DNA of 63,727 bases, filler included, from Deltaproteobacteria bacterium (GTDB taxonomy: Bacteria > Myxococcota > JACRCW01), in assembly GCA_016218805.1 (NCBI GenBank). It is 4 parts of 4 records of this genome, joined end to end, with 100 filler letters (N's around TTAATTAATTAA, not from the genome) between each part and the next. Parts side by side here need not be neighbours in the genome. Positions count along the whole stretch, not along the records: positions 20,876 to 38,035 come from JACRCW010000162.1; positions 38,136 to 57,071 come from JACRCW010000167.1; 2 more parts are not named here. One strand, 5' to 3'. Below the pieces are notes generated by a model. The model saw only the letters and a program-made list of their open reading frames with translations, did not search any database and had not been told where the DNA came from. Below are positions 29,241 to 38,568 of this stretch, in pieces; position 1 is the stretch's first letter, and each line of letters begins with the position of its first letter. Position numbers and translations under genes: made by a program.

Positions 29241-32003
29241 TCAGGGGATGCACTCGAACACCGCGTCGCAGGAATCCAGGCTGTCACATCCCCAGTCCTC
29301 GCCAGCGATGCGGTTGCACGCGGTGAGGCTGCACCCGGTGAGGGTCACGTCATTGCAACGGGGGCCCGAGCCCTGTTCCGGGTACCCGTCACCCATGCAC
29401 ATCACACAATTCTGCGTGTACGGGCAGATGCTTGCGCCGTTGCAGATGCCGGCGCAGTCCAGCACCGCGGCGCCGTTGCACACGCCGGCGCAATCCGGCT
29501 GCGCGCTGCCGTTGCAGGCGCCCGCGCAGTCCCGCACCGCGCTGCCGTTGCAGACCCCCGCGCAGTCCCGCACCGCGCTGCCGTTGCAGACCCCCGCGCA
29601 ATCCAGCTGCGCCGTGCCCCCGCAGGTCCCGGCGCAGTCCCGCGTGGCACCGCCGCCGCAGGGGCATTCCACGCCGGTGTCCCGGTGGAAACAGTCCAGG
29701 TCCTGCGGTGCCCAGCCGCCCGGGTCCCCGCACGCGCAGCTGTAATCCATCACGTGACCCCAGGGCGCACAGAACGACCCGGTATTGCAGCAGTCCCCGC
29801 ATGACATGGTGCCGCCGCAGCCGTCCGCCTCCGGGTGGGTGGTGGCGGGGTTCAACACCGACGGAGCGCACAGGCCCAGCCCGGCGCAGGACGCGGGCAC
29901 GGCGCTGCCGCCGCAGACGCCCGCACAATCACGGGTGCTGCTCCCGCCACAGACCCCCGCGCAGTCCACCACCGCGGCGCCCTGGCACACCCCCGCGCAG
30001 TCCCGCTGCGCGCTCCCGTTGCACGTCCCCGCGCAGTCCCGCTGTGCGCTTCCAGTGCACGTCCCCGCGCAGTCCGGCAGCGCGCTCCCGTTGCACGTCC
30101 CCGCGCAGTCCACCGTGGCGGCTCCCCCGCACGTGCCCGCGCAGTCCCGCACGGCCCCGCCGGTACAGGCGCACGCCGTCCCGGATGCGCCGCCGTTGCA
30201 CACCCCCAGGCAGTCCACCACGGCGGTGCCGCCGCACACGCCGGCGCAGTCCCGCGTGGCGGTGCCCCGGCACATTCCCGCGCAATCCACCACCGCCGTG
30301 CCCTGGCACACCCCCGCGCAGTCGGTCACCGCGAGGCCGGCGCACACGCCGGCGCAGTCCGGCAGCGCGCTGCCGTTGCAGGTCCCCGCGCAATCACGGC
30401 GGGCGCTCCCGTTGCATATCCCCGCGCAGTCCAACACGGCGGAGCCGTTGCACACGTTGCTGCAGTCACGCGTCGCGGCGCCGCCGCACACGCCGGCGCA
30501 GTCCACCGCGGTTGTGCACGGGAGTTCGCAGGTGCCTCCCGGCCGCGGGCAGGTCCCGGCGGGGCAGTCATCCGGATTGTTGCAGCAGGTGTCGTCGGGA
30601 ATGCACTGATTTCCGCAGCGGTGGTGGCCGGCGGTGCACGCGCAACTGCCACCGGTGCCCGAGCAGGCGGCGCCCGGCCCGCAATCCTCAGGGCTGTCAC
30701 AGCAGGTGGTGTTGGCAATGCAGCGGCCGCGGCAGCTGCGGGAACCGGACGGACAGCGGCAGGTTTCGCCCGCGCCGGGGCACAGGGCGCCCGGGCAGTC
30801 CGCAGTGGTGCAACAGGAGCCCGGTGGAATGCATGCGCCGCCGCAGCTTTGCCATCCCGGGGCGCAGACGCAGGACGCGGCGGTTCCCGCTCCGGCCGCG
30901 CACGCCTGCCCGTTTCCGGCGCAATCTCCGTCATCACAACACTCACCGGTGGGTTGGCAGCGGTCAAACCTGCCGCAGAAGGACTGTCCCGCCGGACAGG
31001 TGCATTCCTGGGTGGGTGGGCTGCCCGGGCCCGTGGCCGTGCAGGCCTGGCCGGGACGGCAGTCCATGTCCTGGCAGCACGCGCCGCTGCCTGCCGTGCA
31101 CGCGCCGTTGCACAGGTGCTGACCCACCGGGCATTCGCACCACCGCACGTGCTTTCCACCGGTCAACGTCACCGCGCCGCAATTCTGGCCGTTCCCCGCG
31201 CAGTCCGCGTCCGCGCAGCAGGACGCCTGCGTGACGCACGTGGTTCCGCACAGCCGAGTACCCGGCGGACACGCGCAGGCGCGCACCGCTCCACCGTCGG
31301 CGGCGGGCGCGCACACTTCGCCTGCGTGGGTGCATTCATCCGCCGCGCAGCAGGACGCCGTGGGGACGCAGCCGCCCTGACACGGCTTGCTGCCCGGCGC
31401 ACAGGCGCACCCTGACGGCGTGCACAGCTCGTCCAGCGGGCATGTCTCGCCCGCGTGGGCGCCCAGGCAGTCGGCGTGGGCGCCGCAGAACAGGCTGCTT
31501 GCCGTAGGGTCCACACACCATGGACCGGCGCCGCCGGGATTGGGACACGGGACCAGGCCCTCCATGCATGGGTCCCCGCAGGACCCGTCCACGCAGCTCT
31601 TGGCGCCCAAGCACGTCTGGCCCGCATGCGCGCCCTGGCAGTCCTGTGTGGCGCCGCAGAACAACAGGTCCTGGCGGGGGTCAATGCAGTCACCCGAGCA
31701 CCGCACCCTTCCACTGCTGCACGCTGCCAGGCTGCTGCTGCCGGCCCCGCCCGACGACGACACCGGCGCGCTTCCGCCGGACGCGCTGCCAACACCCGTT
31801 GACGACGAGCCACCCGGGGCGCTGCTGCCCGCCACCCACCCCGACGAGCCGCCCCCGGTGCGCGCGACACAGATGCCATCCCGGCAATCCTGGTAGCGGG
31901 TGCAGTCATTGGCGGAGTTGCACGCCTGGGTCACCACGGCTTGCCGTGGACAGGCGGCAAGCAAAACCACCGATATCGCTGCCCACGGCACGCGGCGAAT
32001 CAT
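29241..32003 (-). CDS. Cys-rich repeat lipoprotein
   Basis: MIRRVPW...LLAAC lipobox; CxDxxxxxxFCG repeats, CCxxxDC repeats and about 20 DCAGxCxGxAxx units. Confidence 0.85.
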   Translation of the reverse strand: MIRRVPWAAISVVLLAACPRQAVVTQACNSANDCTRYQDCRDGICVARTGGGSSGWVAGSSAPGGSSSTGVGSASGGSAPVSSSGGAGSSSLAACSSGRVRCSGDCIDPRQDLLFCGATQDCQGAHAGQTCLGAKSCVDGSCGDPCMEGLVPCPNPGGAGPWCVDPTASSLFCGAHADCLGAHAGETCPLDELCTPSGCACAPGSKPCQGGCVPTASCCAADECTHAGEVCAPAADGGAVRACACPPGTRLCGTTCVTQASCCADADCAGNGQNCGAVTLTGGKHVRWCECPVGQHLCNGACTAGSGACCQDMDCRPGQACTATGPGSPPTQECTCPAGQSFCGRFDRCQPTGECCDDGDCAGNGQACAAGAGTAASCVCAPGWQSCGGACIPPGSCCTTADCPGALCPGAGETCRCPSGSRSCRGRCIANTTCCDSPEDCGPGAACSGTGGSCACTAGHHRCGNQCIPDDTCCNNPDDCPAGTCPRPGGTCELPCTTAVDCAGVCGGAATRDCSNVCNGSAVLDCAGICNGSARRDCAGTCNGSALPDCAGVCAGLAVTDCAGVCQGTAVVDCAGMCRGTATRDCAGVCGGTAVVDCLGVCNGGASGTACACTGGAVRDCAGTCGGAATVDCAGTCNGSALPDCAGTCTGSAQRDCAGTCNGSAQRDCAGVCQGAAVVDCAGVCGGSSTRDCAGVCGGSAVPASCAGLGLCAPSVLNPATTHPEADGCGGTMSCGDCCNTGSFCAPWGHVMDYSCACGDPGGWAPQDLDCFHRDTGVECPCGGGATRDCAGTCGGTAQLDCAGVCNGSAVRDCAGVCNGSAVRDCAGACNGSAQPDCAGVCNGAAVLDCAGICNGASICPYTQNCVMCMGDGYPEQGSGPRCNDVTLTGCSLTACNRIAGEDWGCDSLDSCDAVFECIP
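29430..30510. repeat. Coding 36-nt tandem repeats (DCAGVCNGSAVR-like) in two blocks
   Basis: Recurrent (C)GCGCAGTCC every 36 nt at about 29430-29650 and 29900-30510. Confidence 0.9.
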
Positions 32004-32181
32004 GGTGAAATACCCCGATTCCTCTTCCAGGTGCACGCAGCATACGGCCCCCACCAGGAGCAGCAAGCCCGGCGGCCCCCGCACGGGTGAGGTGCTGTCG
32101 CACCCGGCGGGCACCGTGGACGTCACGGGCTGCGCAGGGGGCGCATTGGCCGCCGCGCCGCGCTGGGCTACGCGGGCGTCC

Positions 32182-32955
32182 GTGGACGCCCCCTCCGCTC
32201 CGCTCCTGTTCACCCGCCGCGGTTTTCTCGGCGGCGCGGTCAGTCTGGCGGTTGCCGCGCCGGTGTTCAGCGGGGCGGGGTGCGGCCCGCAGCGTACGGA
32301 CGGCGGCGGTGACCCGCCCGTGGACGAGCTGGACGGCTGGCGCATCCCGGCCGGCACCTTCCTGGGCGCGGTGGAATACGCGACGCTGGCGGCACTGCTG
32401 GATGCGATGATCCCCGGTGACGCGGTGTCCCCCGGCGCCACGCACGCGCACGCAGCCTGGTACGTGGACGGGTTGCTGGGGGCGTTCCGGACGGACCCGC
32501 CGCGGATCTTTGCCGGTGGACCGGACTCCGGGCGGCACGGTGGCGTGGACGGTTTCAGCCGTTTCCAGCGCCTCACGCGCGTGGAGGAACTGCGCTGGCG
32601 CACGTGGATTGAGGGTTCACGCGGGCTGCCGGAGCGCGAGTTCAACGGCGCGGTCACGGGGCTGCAGGAGCGCTACCGCACCGGGCTGGCGGCGGCGGCG
32701 GCATGGACGGAGGAGCGCACGGGCGCGCGCGTCACGGAGCTGTCGGTCGACGAGCGGCAGGCGCTGCTGCTGGAACTGGACGGCGGCTTTGTGAAGCTGC
32801 TGTGGGAGCACGCGGTGGAGGGGACGTGGGGGGATCCGGTGTACGGGGGCAACGCGGATGGCGCCGCGTGGCGCGCCATCCACTACGAGGGTGACCGCCA
32901 GCCCGTGGGCTACACCGCGCGCCAGATGGCCTGGCCCGACGAGGAGCTGCCGTGA
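32182..32955 (+). CDS. Gluconate 2-dehydrogenase subunit 3 family protein (Tat substrate)
   Basis: FTRRGFLG Tat motif, MIPGD..SPGA...A..YVD, EGTWGDPVYGGN...W..I.Y; start approximate. Confidence 0.85.
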   Translation: MDAPSAPLLFTRRGFLGGAVSLAVAAPVFSGAGCGPQRTDGGGDPPVDELDGWRIPAGTFLGAVEYATLAALLDAMIPGDAVSPGATHAHAAWYVDGLLGAFRTDPPRIFAGGPDSGRHGGVDGFSRFQRLTRVEELRWRTWIEGSRGLPEREFNGAVTGLQERYRTGLAAAAAWTEERTGARVTELSVDERQALLLELDGGFVKLLWEHAVEGTWGDPVYGGNADGAAWRAIHYEGDRQPVGYTARQMAWPDEELP

Positions 32956-34583
32956 CCGGGACGTTTGACGCGGTGGTGGTGGGCTCCGGCGCGGGCGGCG
33001 GCGTGGCGGCGTACGTGTTGGCTGCACGCGGCTGGAAGGTGGCGCTGGTGGAGAAGGGGCGCAACCCGTACCCCGCCCTGGCGGATGACACGCTGCGCGG
33101 GAGCCTCTTGGGCAATGACGAGATCAAGTCGCGGCGGTTCTACGCGTACCAGGACCCGCTCCTGGAGCCGCGGCTGTTCCGCGAGTCTCCCTCCGCCACC
33201 GCCGCCGGGAAGGCCTTCCAGTCACTGGGAGTGTGCGTGGGTGGCGGCACCGTGCAGTACGACGCGGACAGCCCGCGCCTGCAGCGCACGGACCTCCGCA
33301 TGCGGGAGGCGTACGGCGCGGTGCAGGGGGCGGACGTCGTGGACTGGCCCATCAGCTATGACGATCTGGTCCCGTTCTACGACGCGGCGGAGCACGCGGT
33401 GGGCGTGCAGGGACAGCGCGGCGCGGACCCCTTTGCCGAACCGCGCGCGGACTACCCCATGCCGCCGGGGCATCCCGCACGCGGCGGGATTGTGTTGTCT
33501 GAGGCTGCACGCCGCCTGGGCTACCACCCGCACCCCATGCCCATGGCCATCAACTCCATGGCCTACGGCGGCCGCCCCGCGTGCGTGAACTGCGGCTTCT
33601 GCAACATGGGCTGCCCGGCCAACGCCAAGGGCTCCACCGCCGTCACCGTCATTCGTGACGCGTTGCGCACCGGGAACGTCACGCTGCTGGCAAACCACTG
33701 CGTGCTGGAGGTGACCGCCAACGCCGCGGGTGACCACGCCAGCGGTGTGCGCTGCGTGGGACCGGACGGCGCCGAGGTGACGCTTGGGGCGCGGCACGTG
33801 CTGCTGGGCGCCAACGCGCTGGAAACGCCGCGCCTGCTGCTGACGTCTCGCGGCGGGGTTGGGTTGGGGAACTCCAGTGGGCTGGTGGGGCGTTATCTGA
33901 TGTTCCACGTCATCTTTGCGGCCATTGGCATCTTTCCGTTTGAAATCCGCGCCCACCGCGGCCGCGTCATCACGCACGCCATGGCGGACTTCACCGTGCC
34001 GGATGGAACGGGGGATTACGTGCGCGGTGGCTACACGGAGCTGGGTGGGTCCATCCACCCGGTGGCCGCGGGCGTGCAGTTCCCGTGGCTCTTGGGGAAG
34101 ACCCTGATGACGGACGGGCGCTACTGGCGGCGGCTGGCCACGGTGTCCATGATTGGCGAAGACGTGCCCGTGCTGGACAACCGGGTGGACGTGGACCCCG
34201 CCGCGCACGACGTGTACGGCCGGCCCGCGGTGCGGGTGACCTACGGCCGGCACCCGCGCGACCAGGCGCTGGTGGACCGGTACATGCCGCGGATGGTTCG
34301 CGTTGCGCGCGAGGCGGGCGCCACCGACGTCATGGAGATGGATTTTGCGCGCGAGGATGGCGCACCGGACACCAAGCACCTGCTGGGCACCACGCGCATG
34401 GGTACGGACCCCGCCACCGCCGTGACCAACCCGTGGGGCCGCCTGCATGACGTGGACAACGTGTGGGTGGTGGATGGCGGCGTGTTTCCCACGTCCACCG
34501 GGTTCAATCCCACGCTCACGCAGCAGGCGCTGGCGTGGCGGACGGCGGCGTACCTGGCGGACCCCACGGACGTGCGTCCATGA
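32952..34583 (+). CDS. GMC family FAD oxidoreductase
   Basis: VVVGSGAGG, CVNCGFCNMGC Fe-S motif, HLLGTTRMG, GFNPTLT. Confidence 0.95.
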   Translation: MTGTFDAVVVGSGAGGGVAAYVLAARGWKVALVEKGRNPYPALADDTLRGSLLGNDEIKSRRFYAYQDPLLEPRLFRESPSATAAGKAFQSLGVCVGGGTVQYDADSPRLQRTDLRMREAYGAVQGADVVDWPISYDDLVPFYDAAEHAVGVQGQRGADPFAEPRADYPMPPGHPARGGIVLSEAARRLGYHPHPMPMAINSMAYGGRPACVNCGFCNMGCPANAKGSTAVTVIRDALRTGNVTLLANHCVLEVTANAAGDHASGVRCVGPDGAEVTLGARHVLLGANALETPRLLLTSRGGVGLGNSSGLVGRYLMFHVIFAAIGIFPFEIRAHRGRVITHAMADFTVPDGTGDYVRGGYTELGGSIHPVAAGVQFPWLLGKTLMTDGRYWRRLATVSMIGEDVPVLDNRVDVDPAAHDVYGRPAVRVTYGRHPRDQALVDRYMPRMVRVAREAGATDVMEMDFAREDGAPDTKHLLGTTRMGTDPATAVTNPWGRLHDVDNVWVVDGGVFPTSTGFNPTLTQQALAWRTAAYLADPTDVRP

Positions 34584-35179
34584 AACGCGCGGCCACGCTG
34601 TTGGGTATTCTTACGCTGTCCGCGTGCGGTGACGGGGAGAGCACGTCCGGCGCCGGCGCCCCCGACGCGGCGGTGGCACCCGCGGTTCCCGAGGGCAGCC
34701 CGGTGGACCCGGCCCAGGTGGCGGCGTGCGTGGCGTGCCACGGGGACACGGGTACTGCGTGGGCCCGGCTGTCGTCCCACTCGCTGCTGCTGGACTGCGC
34801 GGCGTGCCACGCGGTGCAACCGGGTGACGCCGGACCGGGGCATGCGCGCACGTCCTCATGCCGCCGCTGCCACAGCGAGCGCACACACCCGGAGGAAGCG
34901 CCGTGCCTCGCGTGCCATGACCCGCACGGAGCAGCCAACCTGTTCCTGCTCCGCCCGCGCGTGCCGCTCCCTGCCGGTGGCGAGGCCGCTGTAACCGTGC
35001 TGCAACCGGCGGGCGCGTCCGAGGGCGGGTTGGCGCGCGCAGACGGCGGAGCAGCCGGACTGTGTGAAGCCTGCCACGCGACGACGACGTACTACCGCGC
35101 GGATGGGACCGGCGCGCCGCATGAACGCGGTTGGTGCGTGCAGTGCCACCAGCACGGACGAGGGTTTGCAGCGCACTGA
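34580..35179 (+). CDS. Hexaheme c-type cytochrome lipoprotein
   Basis: LTLSAC lipobox; six CxxCH motifs (CVACH, CAACH, CRRCH, CLACH, CEACH, CVQCH); ATGA overlap with the GMC gene. Confidence 0.88.
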   Translation: MKRAATLLGILTLSACGDGESTSGAGAPDAAVAPAVPEGSPVDPAQVAACVACHGDTGTAWARLSSHSLLLDCAACHAVQPGDAGPGHARTSSCRRCHSERTHPEEAPCLACHDPHGAANLFLLRPRVPLPAGGEAAVTVLQPAGASEGGLARADGGAAGLCEACHATTTYYRADGTGAPHERGWCVQCHQHGRGFAAH

Positions 35180-35190
35180 GGGCGGCGGGC

Positions 35191-35226
35191 TTTGTAGGCC
35201 CGGCGTCCCGCCGGGCGCCGACCCAA
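35191..35226 (+). repeat. GTAG-type REP-like palindrome
   Basis: TTTGTAGGCCCGGCGTCCCGCCGGGCGCCGACCCAA just after the cytochrome stop; similar to 59407-59443. Confidence 0.6.
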
Positions 35227-35809
35227 TCCGGCACCCCACCCATGTGTCCCGGTGCCGCGCGTCTGTTGCGGCCCGGCATGCCCGGCATTTCAATCCCCTT
35301 TTTCAGCTTTTGCCATTTTTGACTCCCTCTTCCATCTTTTCTGATTCAAACTGTTATCCTGTTCTTCTGCCAGGCGGGGCGGGTAGGTGGCTTGCCTGCG
35401 GCAAGCCGAACGCGCTTCATGTGACAGAAACCGCCAAGCAGCAGTTGCCCGTCCGAGCATTGGACCATCAACGGCCCGTAGATCCGCGCGCAAATCGATG
35501 GTGTCCTTTCCGGCGGCGACATCGGCCGGTGATTTCACAGACGTTGGGACGAACGCCTTCTTTCCGGATTGAAAGGCTGTGCGCGCCACGATGAAGCTCC
35601 ACCGTGGGAACCATGGGTTGACGGCGGCACCGAGCGCCGATGAGTGCGCATTCACGTGTCTTTTGCACGCCGGAGTCCCTCCCGCAGAGCGGCGCAGGAG
35701 CGCAAATGGCTGAGTTTGAGCGAGACACTCTTGCCGGGAGGAAATGGCGGTTGACAATCTCTGCGTACGAAGACGGCAGCGCTGCAGGACCAGCCCAGGG
35801 GATGGACGG

Positions 35810-36040
35810 CTGCCGCGGAACCACGCGGTTCAACCCCTCCTTGCGCAGCACCCGGAGAGCCTGGCCGCGCTGAGCCTTTACGCAAAGATCAAAGCACATG
35901 CGCGGGCAGCTTTCCCAGGCCATCACGTGCTGGGCGGACATCCACGCGCGCTCCGCGCACCAGGAGCGCGCGCTGATGTTCCTGGCGTCCCTCCTGGAAA
36001 TGGCGCGAAATCGTGAGTACGCCTGGCCGCAGCGTCCTGA
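35810..36040 (+). pseudogene. Degraded TPR-like gene remnant
   Basis: Removing one A near 35891-35893 joins LLAQHPESLAALSLYAKI to KHMRGQLSQAITCWADIHARSAHQERALMFLASL, a TPR-like pattern. Confidence 0.3.
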
Positions 36041-36143
36041 TGCGCGCGTTGACGACCGCAGCTGGCGTGCAAATACAGCCGGTTGCTGCCTCCTTGACGC
36101 AGAAGGCGTTCCGCCAGCATCCTTCGGGTGGGCAGGGGGTCTC

Positions 36144-36554
36144 ATGAACGCCGTGAATCGCGTCTCGTCAGCGGGCATCGCTGGGCTCACCATTCTGGTG
36201 GTGGATGATGAGGCCCCTTACCGGCGCGCGGTGGGTCGCGTCCTGGCCGGGTCAACCGCCACCGTCGTTGAAGCCGCCAATGGCAAAGAGGCGGTTGCCT
36301 ACGCGGCCAGGAACTCGGTGGACGTTGTGGTCATGGATGTGCGGATGCCCGTGCGTGACGGCGTGGATGCAGCCGCCGACCTGCTGGCCCTGCCCACACC
36401 ACCCTCCATCCTGCTCATGTCCGCGGAAGACCCGCCGCCCGGACTCCTCGCGCTGGGCGTGTCATTCCTGCCCAAACCGTTCTCCGTGGACGAACTTCAC
36501 CTGGCGATCCACCAGGCACGCGCCGGGCGCGCCCTGCCGCGCGATTCCCCGTGA
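36144..36554 (+). CDS. Single-domain response regulator
   Basis: ILVVDDE, VVMDVRMP, LMSA, FLPKPF. Confidence 0.85.
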   Translation: MNAVNRVSSAGIAGLTILVVDDEAPYRRAVGRVLAGSTATVVEAANGKEAVAYAARNSVDVVVMDVRMPVRDGVDAAADLLALPTPPSILLMSAEDPPPGLLALGVSFLPKPFSVDELHLAIHQARAGRALPRDSP

Positions 36555-36719
36555 TACGGCCCGGAAACGGGCGCAGCTTGGGTCCCCGCGTGGTCTTGGC
36601 CTGTGGCATGACGGGCGCGCCCGTCCGCGTGGTTTCCTGAGCCACGTACGTGGGGTCGCTGCTACAGTCTGCGCGCCGCGCTTTCCGGGACGGTCCCGGC
36701 GGCGCCGGCAGAGGACGTC

Positions 36720-37775
36720 ATGACGCTCAAGCCCTGTTGCACACCCGACGAGGTTGCGGGTCTTTTGCGCGTGGATACGCGCACCGTACAAGCCCTGATT
36801 GCCGCAGGGCGCCTGCACGCGGTGCGCGTGGGCGACGAAGTCCGCATTCCCCGGCAGGCGTTGGATGCGTTCCTCGGCACGTCGTTCCGCCAGGGCGGAT
36901 GGCGACGTCATGCGGCGTTTGTTGCGGTGCTGGCGGGTCTGGGACTTGGCTCTTCCGTGCGCGCAGACATTCCGGCGCCGGCCACCGCGTCATCCGCGGT
37001 GGCGTATGCGGGGTTCCTGGAGAGCAACGGTGTTCCGGTGAACGGCACTGCGTCTGTTCGCGCCGCCGTGTTTGACGCGGCTACCGGTGGCACGCCGGTG
37101 TACGCGGAACAGCATGACACGGTGCCGGTGGCCGCCGGACAGTTCCAGTTGCTCCTTGGCACGGGCACCACCACCGCGGGCAGCTACGAATCAGCATGGG
37201 CGACCGCCCACGGCGAACTGTTCCTGGCGCTGGAGGTCAAAGGCCCGGGCGCCGCGGACTTTGTCGCCCTGGATGGGCGGCAGCGTCTCGCCACGGCGCC
37301 ATACGCGCACCGGGGCGCGCCGGGACGTGACTTCCTGGTGGACCGCACGCTGGTGGCCACGCGGGCCGCGGACGTGGGCTACCTGTCGGTGGCACCGCAG
37401 GACGCCGCCGCCGAGGGCGGCGAGCTGCAGCTCCGCGGCTCCGGTGGCAACAACGCGGTGTACGTGGACAACCTGTCCGGGAACTTCCGCGTGCACGACG
37501 GCACCAACGTCCGCATGGAGACCAGTGGGGCCAACCTGTCCGTTCCCGCTGGCAACCTGACGGTGTCCGGCACCGTGGCCGCGGGCACGCTCAAAGGCCC
37601 GCTTGGCCAGACCAGCTGCTACTGGAAGGACGTGGAGACGTGCGGGCACGGCTGCGGCAACGGCGTGTATTACGAAACCTTCTGCGACCCGGGCGATTAC
37701 ATGGTGGGCATGGGGCATCACACGTGGAGCCAGTACACGTACTACAACTTCCGCATTCGCTGCTGCCGGCCGTGA
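36720..37775 (+). CDS. Excisionase-like HTH (HTH_17) fused through a signal-like segment to a secreted tail-fibre-like region
   Basis: TPDEVAGLLRVDTRTVQALIAAGRLHAVRVGDEVRIPRQAL; RRHAAFVAVLAGLGLGSSVRA; YAGFLE...GQFQLLLG...RQRLATAPYA; Cys-rich C-terminus. Confidence 0.75.
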   Translation: MTLKPCCTPDEVAGLLRVDTRTVQALIAAGRLHAVRVGDEVRIPRQALDAFLGTSFRQGGWRRHAAFVAVLAGLGLGSSVRADIPAPATASSAVAYAGFLESNGVPVNGTASVRAAVFDAATGGTPVYAEQHDTVPVAAGQFQLLLGTGTTTAGSYESAWATAHGELFLALEVKGPGAADFVALDGRQRLATAPYAHRGAPGRDFLVDRTLVATRAADVGYLSVAPQDAAAEGGELQLRGSGGNNAVYVDNLSGNFRVHDGTNVRMETSGANLSVPAGNLTVSGTVAAGTLKGPLGQTSCYWKDVETCGHGCGNGVYYETFCDPGDYMVGMGHHTWSQYTYYNFRIRCCRP

Positions 37776-37854
37776 CGCGGCGGATCCAAGTCTGAGCCGG
37801 CATCTGTTCCACGAATGCCCCGACCGAACTGCATGCACGCTCTGCGTGCATGCG

Positions 37855-38035
37855 TACCCGCCCCCTTTTGGGGGGCGGCCGGCGCGGCGCGGCGGGCGAC
37901 GTCAGTCGCCGGGGGTGGGGGGCCCGCCAACGGGTGGGTCCCACCCGGGGAAGACGGCGGTTGCGGACCCCCCACCCCCCTCGCCGACGTCGCTGCGCTC
38001 CGTCGTCGAGGGCCGCCCCCCAAGGGGGGCGGGTA
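37855..38035. repeat. Nested inverted-repeat element (REP/MITE-like) at the contig end
   Basis: TACCCGCCCCCTTTTGGGGGGCGGCC...GGCCGCCCCCCAAGGGGGGCGGGTA outer arms; inner GGGGGTGGGGGGCCCGC / GCGGACCCCCCACCCCC. Confidence 0.75.
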
Positions 38036-38135
38036 NNNNNNNNNNNNNNNNNNNNNNNNNNNNNNNNNNNNNNNNNNNNTTAATTAATTAANNNNNNNNN
38101 NNNNNNNNNNNNNNNNNNNNNNNNNNNNNNNNNNN
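38036..38135. other. Artificial contig spacer
   Basis: N run with TTAATTAATTAA. Confidence 0.99.
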
Positions 38136-38419
38136 CGCTTCATGGTGCGGTAGGCCTCGTTCTCCAGCTGCGCGTAGCGGGCAATGTCCGCCAGGTCCGC
38201 GCAGATGAAGGACAGCAGGTGGTCCCGCGGCAGGCCCTTGAGCATGAGGATGCGGTCAATGGCCTTCTTCTCAAAGATGCTGCAGCCAATGCCGTACGTC
38301 GTGTCGGTGGGGTACGCGATGACACCGCCCGCCTCCAGCACGGCCACCGCGCGTTCCACCTTCCGGGGCTCGGGGTGGTTGGGGTTGATCTGGAGCCGGA
38401 GACAGGTGGAGTGCGCCAT
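38136..38419 (-). CDS. Sua5/YciO/YrdC family protein (threonylcarbamoyl-AMP synthase-like), partial
   Basis: GGVIAYPTDTTYGIGC; cut by the contig end. Confidence 0.88.
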
Positions 38420-38568
38420 GGAGTTGGGCCCTGGTGGGGGACAAGCACCTAGCGCAAAGCACCCTCCCATGGGAAGCGTGACCGCCGCCCGCGCACGACG
38501 GGCGTTGACAGTGAGCGGACCGCGTGCAAACCCACGCGGCCCGTCGGCAACACCGGCCCGGACCCCCC

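Noticed and set aside
29430..30510. 36-nt repeats as CRISPR
   Set aside because: In-frame coding repeats with no unique spacers.
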